From: an uncultured Candidatus Saccharibacteria bacterium
Lineage (GTDB): Bacteria > Patescibacteriota > Saccharimonadia > CAZBQI01
Assembly: GCA_964494105.1 (NCBI GenBank)
Contig: CAZBQI010000002.1
Span: 18,936-82,935, forward strand
DNA: 64,000 bases
Direction: 5' to 3'
Shown here: positions 31,519-39,253 of the stretch, in pieces
Position numbering within the stretch: the stretch's first letter is position 1
Layout of the letters: the number at the start of each line of letters is the position of its first letter
Program-made: the position numbers and the translations under genes
The notes under the pieces: model-generated
The model's database searches: none
What the model saw: the letters and a program-made list of their open reading frames with translations, nothing else
Told to the model about the DNA's origin: nothing

Positions 31519-31656
31519 TGGTGATTCTTGCTCACTACGCCGAATCTTCCGCTTCGCTCTACAGTTCGAATCCGGGCACCAGCGTGCTCTTAAGAAATAC
31601 AAAAACGCCCCAGTCGGGGCGCTTGTGATTTTCTTGGTAGCCCAAGTACATTCGAA
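31519..31656. repeat. tRNA-linked structured element C / att-like scar
   Basis: TGGTG...CACCA ends, GCTTCGC, GTTCGAATCC. A hairpin followed by TGGTAGC resembles 32751-32794. Confidence 0.55.
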
Positions 31657-31747
31657 TTGGAACGTTATCTTATCTGAATTAGCGAGGTGGAAAGAGGTGT
31701 TATCTGTTACAGCAGGGGCTGTTTACTCTACCGAGTAGGAGTGGAAC

Positions 31748-32521
31748 TTATATATCTTTCCTTTTAGCATGGGTCATGTTAACACCTTCTTTTGTAAAGA
31801 CTCCCCAATAAAGCTGTGAATTACCTTTTTGAGGATTAACTAAGCCACGCACTTCATAGGCAGGGTCTTCTGCTGCGGCAACAGCTATTGCTCGTCTGAC
31901 TAAAAGATTAAACGGATTTACACCATTGGTTGCTTCAAACTCTGCGTTTCGTTTTACTCCGCCAGGCGTTCCCTGGACATTTACAATAGACATAACACTA
32001 GCATCATCTTCAAAATGTAAGTTAAACCCCACTCTTGCAAGATAACCGTCAGGTACATGGAGCTGTATCTGAAAGAGCGCCTCAGGACATGGAGTTACAT
32101 CCTGCCTTGGTTGCGTAGGGTCATTTGTTAGGCGGTCGGTTAGTGAAAGTCGCATATCAAATGGTTCATAGCCATGGTCGCTCAGTGTAAAACGGTCAAT
32201 AACGTCGCCAATGTGGACAAGATTATCAAGTGCTCTCTCAAGCTGAAGACTGTTTTCTGGGTTAACTGTAGTAACAAATCCGCTGCGATAGCTTGTAGTC
32301 TCAGAAAGATAGGTAGCACCCCATGCGTTTGCAAAGTTCATACGCCCAAACCCGATTCCATTTTTCGCACCAGTATAGCGTGCTAAGAAAGACCATCGAG
32401 GGTCTTGGTCATCAGGTAAGAAACCGTAAAGTCCAAATGCAGTATCTACTACCTCGGTAGGTTTTTGCATAAATGGAGCATCTAAAGCAGGCGGTGCATC
32501 TACAATTAACGGACTAGGCAT
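31748..32521 (-). CDS. Hypothetical protein (orphan, tRNA-adjacent)
   Basis: 257-aa ORF; TATAAT 6 nt before ATG. Confidence 0.65.
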   Translation of the reverse strand: MPSPLIVDAPPALDAPFMQKPTEVVDTAFGLYGFLPDDQDPRWSFLARYTGAKNGIGFGRMNFANAWGATYLSETTSYRSGFVTTVNPENSLQLERALDNLVHIGDVIDRFTLSDHGYEPFDMRLSLTDRLTNDPTQPRQDVTPCPEALFQIQLHVPDGYLARVGFNLHFEDDASVMSIVNVQGTPGGVKRNAEFEATNGVNPFNLLVRRAIAVAAAEDPAYEVRGLVNPQKGNSQLYWGVFTKEGVNMTHAKRKDI

Positions 32522-32620
32522 TATATTATTATATAATAAAATACTTATATTATCAATATATTGATGCTGCTGCTTGTGTTTATAAAACTCTATTAAAAAT
32601 AACAGAGGTCAAAATGCTTA

Positions 32621-32787
32621 TGGTAGCGGGGGCAGGTTATGGCTAATTCTGCATACGTCCTCGGAACAAGTTCCTGCGGGCGGACTTGAATTAACGAACC
32701 TGCCCTTCGGGCTATCAGGTTCTAATCCAGTGCTTCGCACTGTTCAATGAAATACAAAACACCCCTTACGGGGTGCTTAGATTTCAT
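32621..32787 (-). repeat. tRNA-linked structured element B (interrupted copy of tRNA-fMet 3' arm)
   Basis: TGGTAGCGGGGGCAGG (32621-32636) is identical to 32788-32803. A 58-nt insert follows, then CGAACCTGC (32695-32703). Confidence 0.85.
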
Positions 32788-32862
32788 TGGTAGCGGGGGC
32801 AGGATTCGAACCTGCGACCTCCGGGTTATGAGCCCGACGAGCTGCCACTGCTCTACCCCGCG
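32788..32862 (-). tRNA. Initiator tRNA-fMet(CAT)
   Basis: CGCGGGG...TCGGG CTCATAA CCCGG...CCCCGCTACCA; three consecutive G:C pairs in the anticodon stem and an unpaired 1:72 position. Confidence 0.95.
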
Positions 32863-32915
32863 CTAAAGATAGGAGTTTTTCTTTTTTACTATATTAACAG
32901 ATACAAGCTACTATA

Positions 32916-33332
32916 TCAATTTGGTTCTTTGCGAAATAGAAAGAACATCCATTGCTCTAAATTGCTTTTACTGCGCTGAGAAAAGTTTTGCTCCTCAGCA
33001 ATTTGCTCTGGTGTTTTTGGCGTTTCCAGTTCACGCGGAATTCTATCGGGAAAAATAACTACCTGTTCCCCGGGTGCTTGCAACCCGAGCTTATCTCTAG
33101 CTTCCCTATCTGCAAATGCGTCTGTTTTGTAGTAGGCAATACTATACTCTAGCTGTTTATTCTGCAATTCTAGCAGTTCTACTTCTGAGTTTAACTTGTC
33201 GATATCTTGCTGCAGTTTGTAGTTATAGCCAATCACCTGAATCGTTGAGTACGATCCGTATAGAATAAATGCAATTGCAACGGCGCTAACAATGTGGCGG
33301 GTGGTTAGTATCTGCTTTAATTTATCTGACAT
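32916..33332 (-). CDS. Septum formation initiator (FtsB/DivIC family)
   Basis: TM, coiled coil, REARDKLGLQAPGEQVV. Confidence 0.88.
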   Translation of the reverse strand: MSDKLKQILTTRHIVSAVAIAFILYGSYSTIQVIGYNYKLQQDIDKLNSEVELLELQNKQLEYSIAYYKTDAFADREARDKLGLQAPGEQVVIFPDRIPRELETPKTPEQIAEEQNFSQRSKSNLEQWMFFLFRKEPN

Positions 33333-33533
33333 ATTTGTTTTTCATCCTAATGTTCATATTATAGCCTGCAAAGTACACCCAGTCATCTGATATAATTTGT
33401 ATGTTCTTTGATTGAACCAATTTTGCAAACCAAGGAGCAAAGCTACTGTATGCAAAATTGAGATGAAGCGTAGCGAAAGACCGAAAATTTGTGAGTTTAC
33501 GAACAAATGTAGGTCGCCAGCATACGCTGACGA

Positions 33534-33609
33534 GGGGGTGTAGCTCACCGGTCAGAGCAGGTGGCTCATAACCACTTGGTAGATGGTTCGACTCCATCCA
33601 CCCCCACCA
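33534..33609 (+). tRNA. tRNA with CAT anticodon (Ile2 favoured; elongator Met possible)
   Basis: GGGGGTG...GGTGG CTCATAA CCACT...TTCGACT...CACCCCCACCA. Confidence 0.9.
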
Positions 33610-33655
33610 ATAACCCATACTTGATTTTTATGCAATTTTAGGTTAAAATAACCTT

Positions 33656-34720
33656 ATGATTGATACCTTCACCCCTGCACAACAGATTGCAGCCGAAAGA
33701 CTTGCGGAACAAGGTGACATACCTATATCTCGAGTCCCGCACTCAGGTGCTGCAGAGTTTCATGCGCTAAAATATGCTATCACTCCGCCCGATAGTGCCT
33801 CGGCATTTATAGTAAAGGGTGCTTTGAAGACATACTTGGGTATAGATGATCTAACCGAAGAGCGCATAGATAACCCTACTCGCGAAGATAAAGAACGTAG
33901 GCAATGGTTTGCGCAAAATGCCAGCGCATATACTGGCCTTGAATCTGGCGCTATGTCCTATGGGATAGGATTACCGTTTTACTTAGAGCGCCTGGGCGAA
34001 GTCCGGCAACGTATTGGTAGCCATGAAGATCAAAAATCTTTACTCTTAGGTGCTTTGACTCCTGACACCATTAAAGAATACGAACTAGCCTTAGCCATGA
34101 CTCTACCCAAGTCGCGTGCTTATGTAACAGATATTGAAGGCGTCCTTACCCCCAAGCCAAACCAATTTGTTTATGGAAGTGGTGTTCAGTTACCATTTGC
34201 AGATAATTCGTTCGACACTATTCACACCAATTATCTCTTGCATGCATTTGAGGCAGAGGGGGTTGACGGATTAGCGGCATATCAGCAGTTAATAGATGAA
34301 ATCTATAGAGTCTTAAAACCTCGTGGCACAGCCATTCTAGTGGAGGGGCACTTGCCTAATTCGCTTGCCGAAAGAGGTTTGAAACCCAAACATGCAACCA
34401 GAAGGCTGTTTAAGCATACGCCCAGTAGTTCAGATGTTATTAGTTGGCTAGAAAAAGCATTTGGTAAGTATGACGCTAAGTTCTACGAAAGATTTCCTAC
34501 TTTTGTCGATAGAACAGCGCTATACGATTACATCCATATGACTAGGGGTGCGGATACTAATATTGAAATCTTGTACCGTATGGGTGATGTTGAAAACAAC
34601 ACAAATGGCGCCATAGGAATTCAAGCCACTAAGCCAATAGCCATAGAAGAAAGTCCAGGTGCTATTAGTAAAGTACCAATACCGCTTGGACCTATCCCAG
34701 ATCCTAAACCAGTAAGCTAG
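33656..34720 (+). CDS. Divergent class I SAM-dependent methyltransferase-like protein
   Basis: LPFADNSFDTIH..YLLH, EIYRVLKPRG. Confidence 0.7.
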   Translation: MIDTFTPAQQIAAERLAEQGDIPISRVPHSGAAEFHALKYAITPPDSASAFIVKGALKTYLGIDDLTEERIDNPTREDKERRQWFAQNASAYTGLESGAMSYGIGLPFYLERLGEVRQRIGSHEDQKSLLLGALTPDTIKEYELALAMTLPKSRAYVTDIEGVLTPKPNQFVYGSGVQLPFADNSFDTIHTNYLLHAFEAEGVDGLAAYQQLIDEIYRVLKPRGTAILVEGHLPNSLAERGLKPKHATRRLFKHTPSSSDVISWLEKAFGKYDAKFYERFPTFVDRTALYDYIHMTRGADTNIEILYRMGDVENNTNGAIGIQATKPIAIEESPGAISKVPIPLGPIPDPKPVS

Positions 34721-34800
34721 CTTTCTTTATCTTCAAAGCACTAGATATTTGATATTGTTCTACTAATCAAGTCATTAGTTGGTTCCAACTAGAATCTGAA

Positions 34801-35700
34801 CTAGGTGTTAACTTTCTCAGATTCCCAATTCAGCCAATCTTCAACAACCGCGGGCAATTCATTGCTTAACATTAAGGGTTTACCGCGAGAAGAACGCGCC
34901 AAACCAAGTTTCCAGACAACATTTCTAATATCCTCAACTATTACAAAAGCTGCAACAGCCCTTTCGTCATCTTGGCTGAAGTGTCGAACCGCACGATAGC
35001 CCTTAAGCCATGATTGAAATCTATCTTCTGACGCCCTTAGAACACCCCAAGGCTCGGCTGCCCGCCAAGATTCACCAGCACTATCGAAATCGAATACAGT
35101 GATTGCATTACCACTTTGGTGGATGTTATCGAGCGTCAAGTCGTTATGAATAATTCCATAATCTAGTTTAGGGTTGGAAGTAATCTTGCGCATTCGCTCG
35201 GTTAATTCATATACTCGATTCCATTCGCCTGTTTGCTGCAGTGTCATTTTCATTCGCTCGAGTTGATCGTCTAGGAGTTCGTGCATGTCGTATTTTTCTC
35301 GGGGTAAATCTGAAGTAAATGTATCGGCAGCTTGGTGAATTTGGGCTGCCGCATTGCCTAGTAACGCGTAGGTGCTGAGTTCGGGTTTTGGTTTCTTGCC
35401 TACCGCCCACTCGAATAGAATAGCGACACGTTTCTCGCCATCTACATCGAAAGCCTGCAAATACCCGCTTTTACCAGCAACCGGTTTGGCTACAGGTACG
35501 CCGTTCTTGGCAAGGTATAGCGTTAAGTCTAGCTCCCATTGAACATCTTGCTCTGTTCTAGAGGCTGCATTATAGAGTTTTAGCGCAAAGTGGCCATCAG
35601 AAGTTAATACCTCGTATGCATAGTTGGCCAAAGTGTTTAAGGCCTTGCAGGTTGGATTCTTCAATCCATACTTTTCTTTAAGCTGTTGTTCTACGCGCAT
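34801..35700 (-). CDS. APH/homoserine kinase type II-like phosphotransferase
   Basis: FALKLY, IHNDLTLDNI, FDFD; start set at ATG 35700. Confidence 0.88.
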   Translation of the reverse strand: MRVEQQLKEKYGLKNPTCKALNTLANYAYEVLTSDGHFALKLYNAASRTEQDVQWELDLTLYLAKNGVPVAKPVAGKSGYLQAFDVDGEKRVAILFEWAVGKKPKPELSTYALLGNAAAQIHQAADTFTSDLPREKYDMHELLDDQLERMKMTLQQTGEWNRVYELTERMRKITSNPKLDYGIIHNDLTLDNIHQSGNAITVFDFDSAGESWRAAEPWGVLRASEDRFQSWLKGYRAVRHFSQDDERAVAAFVIVEDIRNVVWKLGLARSSRGKPLMLSNELPAVVEDWLNWESEKVNT

Positions 35701-35769
35701 GCGCTTATTATACAGTGGCAAGTTTGGTGCGTTTGTCGTTGCTAATTTGGGTTTTGCTATGCTAATTCT

Positions 35770-36606
35770 ATGAACCAGCCTCTTGTTTCTGTAATCACCC
35801 CTACCTACAACCGAGCCAAAGTAGTATTGAGTGCTATCAGGAGCGTTCAGGCTCAAACTTATAAAAACTGGGAGCACATTATTATCGATGACGGATCGAC
35901 TGATGATACTCGGCAATCTATAGAGGAGATTAAAGACTCACGGGCGTGCTACCTGTACAGAGAAAATGGTGGGCCTAGCAAAGCACGAAACTTCGGGATT
36001 AAAGCAGCCCATGGCAAATGGATAATGTACCTCGACAGCGACGACACGCTATTCCCAGGCTGCATTGCCACCATGGTGGAATGGCTAGAGAAGAACCCCG
36101 GCAAAGTCTTTGCCATCCCCCGGGCTAAACGCGTAAAGGAACTCTACGAAAACGGCAAACTAATAAAATCTATTGATGACTCTGGCGATACGCCCGCAAA
36201 CTTTACGATTCACGACATTTTTATGCGCAACGCTGGTTTTGCCTGTAATGGTTTTACGCACTTGCGCCAGTTGTTCGACGAAGGAATAAAGTGGGACGAG
36301 AACCTGCACAGCATGGAAGACTGGGAACTGCTAATGAGCATAGGCGAAAAATACCCAGATGGGTTTTTGTATGTGCCAATTGTGCTCTACGAATACCACC
36401 AACGCTTCGGTAGTGATAACCTAGTCAGCCAGGCTAGCTACGGCACTTGGGCTGATGCGTTTGAGTACATCTACAACAAGCACAAAGGCAGTCAATATTT
36501 AGATGGCCAGCTGTGGTACCCAAATAAAGCTGAAAAGTGGCGAAAACTGCAAGCAGAATTTGAGGCCGGCAAACGCCCAGCTTACAAATTCCTCTACTTC
36601 CAATAA
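35770..36606 (+). CDS. Glycosyltransferase family 2
   Basis: SVITPTYNR, IIDDGSTD, YLDSDD, MEDWE. Confidence 0.93.
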   Translation: MNQPLVSVITPTYNRAKVVLSAIRSVQAQTYKNWEHIIIDDGSTDDTRQSIEEIKDSRACYLYRENGGPSKARNFGIKAAHGKWIMYLDSDDTLFPGCIATMVEWLEKNPGKVFAIPRAKRVKELYENGKLIKSIDDSGDTPANFTIHDIFMRNAGFACNGFTHLRQLFDEGIKWDENLHSMEDWELLMSIGEKYPDGFLYVPIVLYEYHQRFGSDNLVSQASYGTWADAFEYIYNKHKGSQYLDGQLWYPNKAEKWRKLQAEFEAGKRPAYKFLYFQ

Positions 36607-36610
36607 CAAA

Positions 36611-36643
36611 GCCCCGCTCCCAGGGCTTGCCTGAAAACGGGGT
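36611..36643. terminator. Hairpin between convergent genes
   Basis: CCCCG...CAGG..CCTG...CGGGG flanked by A and T runs. Confidence 0.55.
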
Positions 36644-36664
36644 TTGTATTAAGTTTTCGCTATA

Positions 36665-36868
36665 TTAAGCAGATCGCTTGAGGGCTAGAAAACCGTTACG
36701 TGGATTCTCTACAACTTCCATACCAGCTGGCACTTCGTCGATAGATTCACCCGGTCGTTCTTCTTTAGCAAAGTAATAAATTCGCTGTTGACGTCCACCG
36801 CGGAGTGTTACGTCCTTGGCGTGTAAGTAATATGTTTGACCTTTCGAGTTTTGATGAGTGTATGCCAT
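36665..36868 (-). CDS. Small basic/aromatic hypothetical protein (67 aa)
   Basis: SD AAGGAG; NSKGQTYYLH...IYYFAK...NPRNG. Confidence 0.8.
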   Translation of the reverse strand: MAYTHQNSKGQTYYLHAKDVTLRGGRQQRIYYFAKEERPGESIDEVPAGMEVVENPRNGFLALKRSA

Positions 36869-37038
36869 TTAAACAACTCCTTCTTTAATTAGTTTTAACT
36901 CAAGGTAAGCATAGTCCGACTTACAGCGGTTGTCAACTGTTCCATAGGTGTAAAGCCATAAGCATATTGCCATGTACTTTGGTATCTTATATAATGCGTG
37001 TTAACGACTAAGCCGTAACCAAATAATAGGAGGCTCTA

Positions 37039-37188
37039 GTGGCAGCAGCAAAAAACAATCATAATAATACAAAGCATCGAGTACCTACCTTTGGTGACCC
37101 ATCAACAGCCAGCAAAACCTTGGTTGTGCTGTTGATTGTTACAGCGGTTATTTTATTAGTACCGCTAACCAACATTTTAGTAAACTAA
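37039..37188 (+). CDS. Small single-TM protein (49 aa), not in ORF track
   Basis: SD AGGAGG, GTG start, hydrophobic C-terminus, TATAAT upstream. Confidence 0.6.
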   Translation: MAAAKNNHNNTKHRVPTFGDPSTASKTLVVLLIVTAVILLVPLTNILVN

Positions 37189-37208
37189 CCAGAAAATATA
37201 ACACTTCT

Positions 37209-37748
37209 TTAGGATGATTGAGTTCTGAAAAGATTGTATATGTAGATAGCTATGGCCCCAAGGCCAAATAATACACATGCAACAAGACTAAAACCGGCTA
37301 TATCAGGAGTCCAATTAGGCGCCGCAAAAGAATAAATAAAACTGCTACGTTCTGGTAACACCACGGGCTGAGTGTTTGTGCCGGGACTTACCCTGGCGTC
37401 TAGGTACTGCTTGACGCATTGAGCCTGAGCAACCGAACCAATACCTTGGCGATCGCACTCAGCTTGGGCTTGCGCATATAGGTCACCGTTAATATCAACG
37501 TTGCCAGCCTTAGCCTTGGTTACGGCACGCTCATAACTCGCACTTAGCTCTACCTTTACCGAGCTGTTCATGTGCTTTATTACGAACTGCTGGAGTTTGG
37601 CAATATCTGTTTTTACATCAACTGACAGGGCATCTTTATTCTGAATCTGACTTGCCAATACCAACGCCTTTTTGTTGTTAAAGCGCAAAGCCACAATACT
37701 TGTAAGGGCAAAGATTAAAGCAATGATAAATATGTAGCGAGATTTCAT
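37209..37748 (-). CDS. Hypothetical membrane protein with Cys pair
   Basis: N- and C-terminal TMs; AQAEC...AQC. Confidence 0.7.
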   Translation of the reverse strand: MKSRYIFIIALIFALTSIVALRFNNKKALVLASQIQNKDALSVDVKTDIAKLQQFVIKHMNSSVKVELSASYERAVTKAKAGNVDINGDLYAQAQAECDRQGIGSVAQAQCVKQYLDARVSPGTNTQPVVLPERSSFIYSFAAPNWTPDIAGFSLVACVLFGLGAIAIYIYNLFRTQSS

Positions 37749-37981
37749 TTCACCTATAAGGTTAGCCTATTGCTACGGCATCGGTCAAAACGCTGGCGTT
37801 TATTTTACAGAGGAAACAAAGACTCACATTGGGTACTTTATCTGGGCGATGAAGTAGAATTTGAGTTTTTAAAACATAACGCCTCTTAAGAATGATTCAG
37901 ATGGCACCGCACAGAGATATGTAAAGAAATGGTAAGAATAAAAACAAGCACCCAGATAAAAGTGATGGTAAGCTAAAACAA

Positions 37982-39247
37982 GTGAAGCATATATATTTTG
38001 TCGGTATAGGAGGAGCAGGCCTTTGTCCGCTCGCGCAACTAGCTAAGAATGCCGGATATTTAGTAACTGGTTCTGATGCCGAAGCATCAAGAAATACACA
38101 CATCCTCGAGACTTTAAACATTAATGTACAAATCGGCCAGTCAGGCAAAGAAATCGCCACCACACATAAAAAGCAACCTATTGACTGGATGGTTGTAAGC
38201 TCGTCAATCAAAAATGACCACCCGGAAATTGCCTTTGCTAAGGAACACGGAATTAAAATATCAAAGCGCGATGAACTAATTAACACTGTATTGAGAGACA
38301 AAAATCTAAAACTTATTGCCGTCAGTGGCACTCACGGCAAAACTACTACAACTGCCATGATTGCATGGTTGTTTTTGCAACTAGGTGAACCTGCTAGCTA
38401 TGTTGTGGGTACTAATCTAAGCTTTGGCCCAAGCGGTCATTATCAATCAAATTCTGATTACCTTGTTCTTGAGGCTGATGAATTCGATCGCCACATGCTT
38501 GCCTACCAGCCTTTCTGTTCAATCTTGCCATCAGTAGAATACGACCACCCCGACACGTACAAAACCGTTGATGACTATAAGATAGCTTTTTGCGACTTTG
38601 TCGCAAACTCGCAGCGTGTGTTTAGCTGGGAAGATGTAGGTAAGTATTTGTCCCTCACAAGCAAAAATCTGCATCTGTATAAATACGACGATTCCTTGAT
38701 TAAGAAGCTTAGTCTGCCAGGAATAACTACAAGGCAAAATGCTTTTTTGGCAGTGCAACTATTTCAATACTTATTCCCAAAAACAGACTTAGAAAAAATA
38801 ATTAGTGCTATAAATAGCTTCCCCGGCACCGAACGCCGAATGGAAAAGCTTGGAAATAACTTATACAGTGACTATGCCCACCACCCTACTGAAATTGCCG
38901 CTACCGTACAAACGGCCAAGGAAATTAACGACAAAATTGTTGTCTTCTATCAGCCTCACCAGAATATTCGTCAGCACGAAATTCAAAACAAATATGGTAA
39001 TTGTTTTCGCGGCGTAGAAAAAGTCTACTGGCTACCAACTTATTTGAGCCGTGAAGATCCGAAACTAAAAACTCTAAGCGCACATGAACTAATTAATCAG
39101 CTAAGTAATCCGCAAATTGCTGAATCGGCCGAAATGAATAGCGATTTAGTCCAGAAAGTTAACGAGCACAGAAAGAACGGTGAACTAGTAATAATTATGG
39201 GCGCCGGGTCTATTGACCCTTGGGCACGAAAGAATATTTTATCTTAG
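37982..39247 (+). CDS. murC: UDP-N-acetylmuramate--L-alanine ligase
   Basis: GIGGAG, GTHGKTTTT, EADEFD, DYAHHPTEI. Confidence 0.92.
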   Translation: MKHIYFVGIGGAGLCPLAQLAKNAGYLVTGSDAEASRNTHILETLNINVQIGQSGKEIATTHKKQPIDWMVVSSSIKNDHPEIAFAKEHGIKISKRDELINTVLRDKNLKLIAVSGTHGKTTTTAMIAWLFLQLGEPASYVVGTNLSFGPSGHYQSNSDYLVLEADEFDRHMLAYQPFCSILPSVEYDHPDTYKTVDDYKIAFCDFVANSQRVFSWEDVGKYLSLTSKNLHLYKYDDSLIKKLSLPGITTRQNAFLAVQLFQYLFPKTDLEKIISAINSFPGTERRMEKLGNNLYSDYAHHPTEIAATVQTAKEINDKIVVFYQPHQNIRQHEIQNKYGNCFRGVEKVYWLPTYLSREDPKLKTLSAHELINQLSNPQIAESAEMNSDLVQKVNEHRKNGELVIIMGAGSIDPWARKNILS

Positions 39248-39253
39248 ACCAAT

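Noticed and set aside
32621-32720. Intron-containing functional tRNA
   Set aside because: Only the T-arm and 3' acceptor strand are duplicated; there is no anticodon arm, D arm or 5' strand
33322-33618. 98-aa and 64-aa minus-strand ORFs
   Set aside because: Antisense to the tRNA and the hairpin region
35701-35916. Long N-terminal extension of the phosphotransferase (likewise murJ to 23646, HeR to 30548, MscS from 41689)
   Set aside because: Extensions overlap neighbouring genes; better internal ATGs exist, most with a -10 box just upstream
37770-37975. Possible frameshifted gene remnant upstream of murC
   Set aside because: Short open stretches only; no recognisable family
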